Assembly (NCBI GenBank): GCA_001179505.1
Contig: CDMY01000290.1
Location: 68,389 to 132,388 of the forward strand
Length of the DNA: 64,000 nt
Source: Vitrella brassicaformis CCMP3155
Taxonomy: Eukaryota; Protista; Chromerida
Reading direction: 5' to 3'
Numbering within the stretch: position 1 is the stretch's first letter; each line of letters opens with the position of its first letter. Position numbers and translations under genes: made by a program. The notes beneath the pieces are model-generated. The model saw nothing but the letters and a program-made list of their open reading frames with translations, had not been told where the DNA came from and ran no database searches. Positions 48,691 through 58,366 of this stretch are shown here, one piece after another.

Positions 48691-49276
48691 CTACCAGTCT
48701 CCTCCCCAGCCGCCGCCATCATCCCCGCCCCACCCGTCCCCCCCATCATCCTGACCATTGTCGTCCTGACCAGGCCATCGAAAGGCCTGATTGGGATCAT
48801 CCCCCCAGGACCAGCCGGAGTCAGCGGGGTTCTGCTGCGCGTCGGACTCACTGCCCTGGGAGGGAGGGGGAGGCTGGGAGGCCTGTGAGGGGTCCTCATG
48901 CGTGTGATGGACCTCCATCTGGCGCGGACCAAGGAAGGAGTCCATCAGCCGCATGCCCATCCCCCACCCCAAACCATGCGCCATCCCATCCATGATAGCG
49001 CCGAAGATGCCTGGCCTCTGGTACTGGGCGGGAGGCTGATTCTGATACTGCTGCGGCGCGTACTGGCCTTGCTGTTGCTGTTGTTGCTTGGCCTGTTGTC
49101 CTTGACCGAACCACGAGAAAGCTCCCTGTGACGGATACGGCCCTTGCTGCTGCTGTTGAGCCTTCTTGGTGGCATGCTTCATGATACGGGCACCTGCAGC
49201 CACCACACAGAGCATGCAGTAAGGCAATCCGCACGTCGGCTGCTCGCGTACCTTTTTTCAACACGTTGCGCGTCAT
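48691..49276 (-). CDS. CHCHD2/CHCHD10/Mix17-like protein lacking the CHCH domain, two exons
   Basis: An intron at 49195-49251 gives the basic leader MTRNVLKKGARIMKHATKKA. A Gln-rich linker is followed by the conserved-looking helix PGIFGAIMDGMAHGLGWGMGMRLMDSFLGPRQMEVHH and a cysteine-free Gly/Asp/Trp tail. Confidence 0.72.
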
Positions 49277-49362
49277 GTTGGCTCGACGACTTTAATGAAG
49301 GGGAGAGGGAGCACCAGACTTCGATGTCGAGCACTTTCACCAGAAGTTCGCCAGGCTTCGCA

Positions 49363-49386
49363 CGCAGCGGTTTCAGGGAGCACCCT
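49363..49386 (+). promoter_or_regulatory. Recurrent promoter motif, copy C (upstream of LRR gene)
   Basis: CGCAGCGGTTTCAGGGAGCACCCT, identical to 22553-22576, 45 bp before the ATG at 49432. Confidence 0.6.
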
Positions 49387-49431
49387 CGCCAGGCTTCCTT
49401 TTGCGAGCTTTTAGACTGGGGGCCTGGCCAT

Positions 49432-51566
49432 ATGGCGAGCTCGGGCAGAAAACCACCACAGATGGTATCCATGGATGCGTCGACTGCACGGTGTCGCATG
49501 ATGCAAATTCATGACCTCGGCTTGGTGCTTAAGAAGCTGACTGATCTCACAGCTGTGACAAGACTGGAGGTGGGCAACAACCGGCTGAAGGAGATGCCGT
49601 CGCTTCAGGCCCTCCCCAGTGTGCAGCATGTGGATCTTTCAATGAACTTCATCAGGTGTACAGACCGTGTGCGAGTGTCCGGGTGGATGGGCCGGTCGTG
49701 TGTGTTTGCAGCTTCCTGGATGGAGCGGCGGTGCCGGAGCAGGTCACACATCTCAACATATCCCACAACATGATCAAAAACGGCAGCGCACTCCCTGCGT
49801 CTTCCAAGCTGACGGAGATGGTGAGCTCGTATGGGCTCCATCTGTCTCCTGGTGGCTCTCATTTCCGTGCCCTCACTGCAGGACATCAGCTTCAATCGGC
49901 TGGCGACTCTCGCACCCCTCAAGCTGCAGTCGCTTTCTGAGCTTCAGTCGCTGGTAAGGTCAACCTTTGTGTCTTCCAGTGACAGCTGATGCTCCCATTG
50001 TGTGTGGGACAGAACTGTTCCTTCAATGCGCTGCGCGACATTGGAGGACTCGAGGGTCACCCCTCGCTCACACACCTATTTCTACAAGGAAACAAGATCG
50101 AGGTCAGCGCTAGTGGAGGATGCGATGTGCCGTTCATTGCGGTGGTCTTGTGGGCAACACACATGCAGGACCTTCGGGCGCTCACCAGTGCCGAAACAGC
50201 TTTTCTAGCGTTACAGGCACTCGACATTTCAGCGAACGCAATTCAGGAGGTGAGATGCTGGCAGAAAGGTAACCTACGGGGCTCCACTGCCTCTTTCGTG
50301 TTGACAGGACCAGTATCTGGTGTTGTATCACTTCCTCCCAAGGGTCGCGCCAAAGTTGGTAGAACGAGACACACACCTGGTCTGAAGCGCCGAGCAGCCA
50401 CTCTTCCGACTGTTTGTTCCATTCTCAGGCTGACATCTTCATGGGGGCGAACCCCTTCGTCAATGTATGTAGACAGACGACGGGCTACATGACGTCTGCC
50501 AGCGCACTGTCTCCCCGTACGCAGAAACGAGCCAAGGACTACGCCCTCCTCCTCCTGTCGACCAACGAAAAGCTCAAGCGAGTCGACGGGGCCCGTGCCA
50601 CTCCGCATCTGAAAGGGATGCTCATGGTAGGTGCAGCTGGTGTACTCCTGACTGATGCTGACACACGTGTCTGCTTGCAGAAAAGGATGACTGATGCCTC
50701 CGTCAAGGATCTGATCGACCACACAAGTGAGTGAAATAGATCAAGAAGAAGACGCCATTGATTGCACCAATGCCGAACCTTGGCCAGGAATGCTGTACGA
50801 GACTGATTGCAAGGTGACTGATTGTAAGTGCTGGGCTAGAATTCAGCTGCATGGTGTGTTTGTCGGCTGCATCAGTGGGAGAAGCAACGCACGAACATGC
50901 AGCTGCGGCTGCTGCAAGACCTGCACAAAAGGGTTCTCGAGAACATGTCTGACTATGAGAGTGAGATGGAGAATGATCTGCTTATCAAGGCGCAATACCT
51001 CAAGAAAGAGGTGAGCATGTGTGACAGCCACGGAGCTGGGCGTCAGCGAGGGCCTGCCCGCGCGTGTCTGCAGGTGGAAAAGCCTCTCAACGAAGACACG
51101 ATAGAGGTACGCTCATAACATGGCACCTAAGTGACACATCGTCGTCTGATTTGTTGTGCAGAAGCTGCAGCATGACTGGAAGGCACGGCTGGAGGAGATC
51201 CGACAGATGGAGCAAGCTCACCGAGCCGAGGAGAAAGACCAAGAAGTTCTCGCCATGGAGCCATCCACACAGGGGTACGGCAAGGGCGCACATTGATGAT
51301 GGCGGAGACACCCCTCCGCATGTGTGTGCAGACGGGTCCAGAAGCTCGTGCTGTTGCGTAAGGAGGCCGTGACAGCCACAGAAGAGTGGCGCAGGAAAAA
51401 GAGGGAGGCACGCGAGGCCATGCAACAAGAGGCAGCACAAGAGAATGTCAGTGCCACCCAACAAGAGACGGCTCCCGACGAGGAGAAGCCGCCAGAGGAA
51501 GAACAAGTCGGTGAAGGCGTGGACGAAGGTGAAGGCATGAATGAGATAGAAAGCGAAGGCGACTGA
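49432..51566 (+). CDS. Leucine-rich-repeat (SDS22-like) protein with C-terminal coiled coil, multi-exon
   Basis: LRR units VTRLEVGNNRLKEM, VQHVDLSMNFIR, VTHLNISHNMIK, DISFNRL, NCSFNALRDI, LTHLFLQGNKIE and LQALDISANAIQE. LRR cap ...GANPF...LKRVDG, then charged helical exons. Confidence 0.88.
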
Positions 51567-51788
51567 GTGGCTCACTGCACTCGAGTGGCCAATAAAACGG
51601 CAAGAGAACTGTCTTGATTGACATTCATTTAGTGAATGTGACTTTCTCATGTACACAAATGTATACAAAACGTGTACATGAAGACACAATCAGAGAGGCC
51701 GAGCGACGCAAAGCACTCGGCACACTGTGTGTGTGTTTGAGTGAGCGAGTGACGGCAAGCGACAGTGAGTGACCGGCACGAGCGAGCG

Positions 51789-53437
51789 ATGGAGAGCAGG
51801 GAGGTGATAAAGGAGCCCGTCCGTGAGTCAGACCGTGAGCACCCTCTGCTCCTCGCAGACCTCACCCGACAGCAGGTACTGTATGCACACTCTGACTGCT
51901 GGACAGGGAGACAGAGGGAGCAGAGCACTTGGTTGCTGCTTGGCTGCTCATGTCTCTGTTCGTTCCTTGGGTCAGTCGTTCGTCAAGTACTCGCCGGTTG
52001 TGTTCATCGCCTTCCTCTTCGGAATCATCTACGTCGCACACATGCTGTCAGTGGACTCAGTCCACCCACCATGCCAGAGAGAATGGCAGAGAGGGAGGGA
52101 GACATGTGAGTGTGTGTTGTTTCAGCTATCGCATCTTGCCGCTGCTGCAGCTTGCGTTGCCCGCCAAGATCCGCAACCACGACATCGAGACGCGTAATAG
52201 GAAACCACACATCGTGATGACCATTCTGATGGAGGTCTCTCTCTCTGTTTCTCCTTCTGATGTGCAGAGGGCTGGATTGAGTCGGTTGTGCTGCACTTTC
52301 TGTTAGGGATGTTTGTGTGGTCGTACGCCCGTGCCGTGTTGGAGGACGCCGGCTTCATTCCCAGCCGCCAGTGGTCGACAGAGCCGGCAGACGAGCTCGT
52401 GATGGAGCGCAAGGAGAACGGCGACAAACGATTCTGCAAATACGAGAAGCTCTTCAAACCAGGTGTGGGTGGGTGGGTGAATGAATGTGTGCACAGGTCA
52501 CTTGTATGTCGGTTGGCATGTTGTCCATTCATCAGACAGGGCGCACTACTGCCGTCCTCTCGGCTGCAACATCCTCAAGATGGACCACTACTGCCCGGTT
52601 TGATCTCACACAGATCAGTTCCAGATGGACCGGTGAACTTGTCCCTCCGTGTGCCATGTGTCTGTCTGCAGTGGATCGCCAACTGCGTGGGATTCAGAAA
52701 CCAGGCACGAAACACACAGTAAAGGACCAACCACACATGCATTGCATTGCATGTGTGTGTGTGTTTCATGCATGCATCCATCAGAAGTACTTCTTCCTGT
52801 CTCTGCTGGTGAGAGGGAGGGAACGCAGAGAGGGACGGAGGGACGATTGGCACCTTGTTGTCGTGTCTCTTCTCAGTACGCTGTGTGCGTGCTGCTGATG
52901 GTCGATTTCACACTCACGCCGAGATTTGCCGTCTACGCCGAGGACCCTATGAGCACATACGGTGAGCGAGACAGGGAAACAGTCAGTGAGGCATGTAGAT
53001 GATGTCTCTCGTGTCGGACTGCAGGGACGTTGATCATCGTGCTGTTTGGGATTGTGCTGTCGTACATTCTGACGTTGGTGGTTGGCGGGTTCTTCCTCTT
53101 CCACTGCTGGCTCATCTCCCACAACATGACAACCATCGAATTCTGTACCTACAACAACGACCGACACACACATCAGTTGACATCGGTGTGTATGTCTGTC
53201 TCATGGATGGATGGATGGATGTGTGTAGGTGAGAAGCGCCGCAGAGAGGGTCAGCGTCCCAATCCATACGACATGGGCATCGTCGAGAACATCATCCAAG
53301 GTCATCCACTCGTGTGCACACGAGAAGGAGATGGATGGGTGGATGGGGGCATCCATGTGTGTGTGTGTTTTGTGGCAGTGCTGGGCGAAGACATTGACAA
53401 AGTGCTCGTCCCGCTGCCCCTCCCCAGTCAGCGCTAA
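51789..53437 (+). CDS. DHHC-family palmitoyltransferase with DHYC active-site variant, multi-exon
   Basis: TM segments, then KRFCKYEKLFKP/DRAHYCRPLGCNILKMDHYCP/WIANCVGFRNQ/KYFFL. Also FHCWLISHNMTTIEF (TTxE motif) and NPYDMGIVENIIQ/VLG (PaCCT-like). Confidence 0.93.
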
Positions 53438-53486
53438 AACCTGACTCTGTGGATGTTAGAATGAATGAGCGGATCGTCTCTCCCTC

Positions 53487-53517
<31 letters not shown>

Positions 53518-54198
53518 CAGCGAGCCAGAAGCGTCGATTTGGGTACGGCACTGTGTTCCCACGCGTCGACAGAGTGACCGGCCGGCAGGTGCAGGTCGCC
53601 TGAGCGAAACCGCCACTGACCGACCAACCAACACACAGACCGACACACCGCGACATGCGACAGGAATGAAATCGCTGACAGACAGACAGCCAATGGACTG
53701 ACAAACTGAACAATCATGAAATGTATGTCACACGCACTGATCGATCACAGTGCATTCATGATCAAGAAAGGGGAAGGATCACATCGACCTCGAGGCTGGT
53801 GCTGATGGTGAGAGAGAGGGAAAAAGAAACGGACAGATGGACACATGCTTGCAGTCTGAGAGACGCACTTCAAAGGACGACTGTAAAATGAGGTATGTGA
53901 TGCGATTGTCCGTCGACTGGTATCCATCCATCCATCCATCCATCCATCCATCCATCCATCCATCGGTTTGGGCACGGATGGATGGATGGACTGGGGGGCG
54001 ACGAATGCGAGCTAGTAGATTGTCTCGATCGCGAGATCCCGCCGTAGTTTTGTTCTGCGCGTGTGTGCCCTCTCTGTGAGCATGCCTGTCCAGTATAGTC
54101 AGCCCATGCCCTTCTGAAGGCCTCCCGCCCACCCATTGCCATCGTATCGACACCATAGTATCGACATCGCCCGGCAAAGCCAGTGGCGGCAAAGGACC

Positions 54199-56296
54199 AT
54201 GCCGACCGCCGCCAGTCTTGAAGATAAGGCCGCCGACGCGCACCTTGCCCCGCCGTGCCCAGCCAGTGACCAAAAAGGCAGCAGCATCCCAGCCGTGGCG
54301 CGGCAAGTGGCGCGGCTGACCATTTTCGACTGGGACGACACCCTCTTCGCCACCACGGCCATCATGACGGGGCCGCTCTCGGTGAGAAAATGGCAGATCT
54401 GCCGTCTGCATTGTACTGGGGAGATGTTTGCACTGGTGGGTGGGTGATGAGATGGGTGGGTGGGTGTGTTGTGTGGTGTGTGCAGCATGGTGGTGAGGAG
54501 AGCGCGATTCGCAAGGCCCTGAAGGCGTTTTTCAAGAAGGCGGGCCAGCAGATGGCGGCACTGGACGCGGCGGCCAGCAAGGCCATGGAGAGGGCCGTGG
54601 CCGAGGGGAAAGTCATAGTCATAACCAATGGCGAGACGGTACGCCCGCATGACGCGCCAACCGACCAGAGAGAGACACACACACAGAGAGACACCATCCA
54701 TCCATCCATCCGTTGTGTGCTTTGTTGCGTTGTGGGGATCAGGCGTGGGTGAGGTTGTCGGCTGGGTTCATGCCGCTGCTGCAGAAGGTCATGGAGAACA
54801 ACACCGTCCGAGTAGTGTCGTCGCGCGAGGCCTTCAGCAAAGACTACCCAAACCGATCGGATCTGTGGAAGGTCAGATCACCACACACACACCACACCAC
54901 AAGAGGGGGAGGGGGCAAGGAGAGAGGCGGAGAGAGGGAGTATGTCCATTTTGTGTGTTGTTGGGTGTGGGGTGTGGTGTGCGCAGATATACACGTTTGC
55001 GCGCGAGATCGGCAAGATGCGGCCCCTGGACATGGCCATCACCATTGGCGACGCCCCACATGACATGGACGCCCTCAAGAAATACAGGTACGTACGTACC
55101 TCAGACACATATGGCATGGACGAGCCGAACATGTGCAAACACCTGACCTGCACCCTCTCTGTGTGTGTGTGTGTGTGTTCTGTTTTTGTGTGTGTGTCAG
55201 GGGCAAGGGGTCAGGGGCGGTGGCCAAGCGCTATGTCCGCTTCACGGGGCTGCCAGAGCCGCCGACGTTGACCAAGGTCAGAATACAAGACAACACAACA
55301 CTCACACGAACAGAGACACACGCCTCACATCAAGGCGGTGCATTGGGTACATGTGTGTGTGTGTGTGTGTGTGGAATGGTCATCAGGAGTTGGACAAGTT
55401 GACTTCGCTGTACGACGAGATCATCCACCCCGCCACAAAGCACAAGAACTGGGACATGGACGATATTCTACAGGTAACCTCACACGGCACGGCACGCACA
55501 CAACAAACACCCCCCCTACCCAACACAGGACATCTCTTTTTTCTGCTCTCTTTCATATTGAATGCAGCTATCGCTCCCGGAGGATTTCGAGTACCTCCCA
55601 ATGGACGGTATCATCAACCCACCCCCACCCTCACCCTCACCCCCACCCCCACCAGCCAACGGCACTCCCCCAGGCACCCCCGTCGTATCCACACACACAC
55701 CGAAGCGCGGCCGCTCACCCTCTCCCCGCCTCCGCCGCCACAACAACAACAACAACCACATGCGGCCCGCATCGCCACCCCCACGCAAGAATGGCGGGGG
55801 CAAGCGCAAGGTGGCCGACAAGACCAGTAGTGCCGCTGCCGATGAGGACGATGAGGGTCCGTGCCCGATGGACCTGTCAGAGGACATCGAAGGCGTGGAC
55901 GAGGTGGCGAATGATCGGAGCAAGAAGGCCAAGAGCAAGGCGAAGGGCACGGGAGGTGGGATGGGCAAGACACGTGAGGTGGAGGGGGACGAGGTGGTCG
56001 TGGCCGGGGATGAAGAGGAGGGAGAGGGGGGCCGCGAGAGCGACGCCACGCCCCAGCGGCAGCTCAAGAAGCTCCGCCGGCTCACCCAGCAGCGGGCCGG
56101 CGTGATCCGCATGAGCATGGGGGGTGGTGATGGTGCCGACGAGGGCAGCAAGACGCCCCAGTTCGGCGCTGCCACCCCCTCTGCCGGCGCACGGTCGTCG
56201 TGCCGCACGCCGTCGCCGTCGAAGCGGGGCAAGACGCGGCTGGGCGATCCCCCCGCCACACCGCGGTACGACTTCCGCCACAAGCGGTCGTCCTAG
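54199..56296 (+). CDS. HAD-superfamily protein (FDWDDTL type, resembling apicomplexan HAD-domain ookinete protein family) with low-complexity tail
   Basis: Motif I LTIFDWDDTLFAT, motif II VIVITNGE/AWVRLS, RVVSSRE...DLWK and motif IV ITIGDAPHD, followed by a Pro-rich and acidic/basic disordered tail. Confidence 0.85.
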
Positions 56297-57313
56297 ATAG
56301 CGAATTTCGATAGTATACCATCATGATATGATACAGGCAGGGAGGCAAGGCGGGAGGGAGGGGAGGGGAGGTCTGTGCATATGTGTGGGTTCGTGTGTGT
56401 GGCGCGTTGTGATGTTGAAGGCAGCTACCTGAATGAATGAATGGATGGATGGATGGATGGAGGGGGGGAGGGAGGGAGGAAGGGGTGGATGGGGGAGTGC
56501 AGGCAGCCAGGCAGGCAGGCGGGCGGGCCGAATCTCACACGAGAAAGATATGATAAGAGAGGAGGCGCTGCGCTGCTCCGCTGCTTTTCGCTCAGCTTCC
56601 CAAGGTATAGCCGTCTGTCCGTCTGGCCGTCTGTTTGTCCTCTGCCGGAGCTCTGCAAGGCTCATGCATTGCAATGCATGATGCCCATGCATTGCAATGT
56701 CTCCCCGCTTACTCTTCGCTTCCTTTTCTTCTTCTTTCTTCTCTTGCACATCTAGCTGCATTGGCTGTGGTGTGATCGTGTTGTCTTGTGTTGCGGAGGA
56801 GAGGGACATGAAAGGCACAGAGAGAGAGGGAGGGAGGGGGGGAGGGGGGGGGAATATGTGATGGTGTCGTGGTTCCATCCATATGTACAAACGTTGGTTG
56901 GTATGACACGACTGACTGAGACACGGGCCACATGGTTGAAAGCCGAGTCGTTTCATCCTTCGATCATGATGCTGTGTCGACCGATTTGAGCGTCAACACC
57001 GCGATAGTCAAACGAATGACCACGATAGTCTAATTCATATGCACACACGAGACACATCCAAGGGAATTGAGTGCATTGCCGTCTGCCTCTCTGAGCGTCA
57101 TCGTGAGGCGGGGCTGCGATGAACGCCAAGACATCGCAGCCCGACATCCCGATCACGCTCAGAAAGGTACAAAGCAACACAGTCATTCGACAACAGGTCT
57201 GAATGCACAACATACTCCAAAGCAAGGCCATCTATGCTGTACACACGCGCACTATGCCCACAGTACGACGTCCCTCCCCAGCTGGCTGCCTCCCTCAGTC
57301 GGTGACAGACAAC

Positions 57314-58042
57314 TCACAGCGTCCAGAAGAGCAGCATGAGCCCTCTGAGGTACTGCATGACCTCCCCCGCCCCCAGCTTGGACGAGCCATAGATGCGGTC
57401 GACGAAGGTGATGGGGCACTCGGCCACTGTGTAGCCCATCTTGGTGGCCCTCGTGATGAGTTCCATCTGGAACACATAGCCCCTGCTGACCACACGCGAG
57501 ATGACCTCCTCGAACACCGCCCGTCGATAGAGCCGAAAGGAGCCCGTGAGGTCCGACACACCGGGGCTGAGCATCACCTGCGCCAGGTAGTTGGCCACAC
57601 GGCTGGTCAGGATGCGCCGCATGTCCCAGCCGTACACACCGCCGCCCCTCCCCTTGTAGCGCGTTCCCGTCACGATGTCGGCCTGTGTGGTCCGCTGGAT
57701 GGCGATGAACTGGGGGATGAACTTGGGGTGGTGCGACAGATCGGCGTCCATCAGGAGGATGAAGGCGCCCTTTGCGACCTCCAGGCCGCTGCGGTAGGCC
57801 GTGCCGAGGCCCAGCTTGCCGGGCCGCTCATGCAGCCGGATGTGTCTGTCGCCGTAGATGCGCTGCAGCTGTCTGCAGACGTCTGCCGTGCCGTCAGGGC
57901 TGCTGTCGTCCACCACCACCACCACCACCACCTCCCAATCGCCGATGCCCGCCTTCTGCAGCTCACCCACAATCAGCCAGATGATCAGCGGCAGGTTGTC
58001 GCGCTCATTGTACGTCGGCAAGATAATGGAGTACTCCACCAT
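57314..58042 (-). CDS. DPM1: Dolichol-phosphate mannosyltransferase catalytic subunit (GT2), intronless
   Basis: YSIILPTYNERDNL, DDSSPDGT, KLGLGTAY, LMDADLSHHPKFIPQFI, DLTGSFRLYR, GYVFQME and PITFVDRIYGSSKLG. Confidence 0.97.
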   Translation of the reverse strand: MVEYSIILPTYNERDNLPLIIWLIVGELQKAGIGDWEVVVVVVVDDSSPDGTADVCRQLQRIYGDRHIRLHERPGKLGLGTAYRSGLEVAKGAFILLMDADLSHHPKFIPQFIAIQRTTQADIVTGTRYKGRGGGVYGWDMRRILTSRVANYLAQVMLSPGVSDLTGSFRLYRRAVFEEVISRVVSRGYVFQMELITRATKMGYTVAECPITFVDRIYGSSKLGAGEVMQYLRGLMLLFWTL

Positions 58043-58366
58043 CGCTGCGGCTGCAAAGAGGCGCAAAGATCTGCAGATCTGCACACCTTCCTCTTTTTTT
58101 CCGAGCTCGCAGAAGATTCCTTCCGGGGCGGGATTGAGGCGCTTTACGACCTCGCCAGCGGCATAATGTCTTCCTCTTCCGCAGATCTCCTACAATTGAA
58201 CAAAGATCTGGCGGTTTTGCTGTCTGCCGCTTCATGGAGTGGAAGTCAGACACCGCATCTACCGTTATCTGTGCCCCTGACGGCGCCAAGGGAGGGGCCC
58301 ATGAGCAAGCTGAAGCGACGGCAGCAGCAAAAGTGACGGCTGAATCGTCCAGCCGCAGCGACGTGA

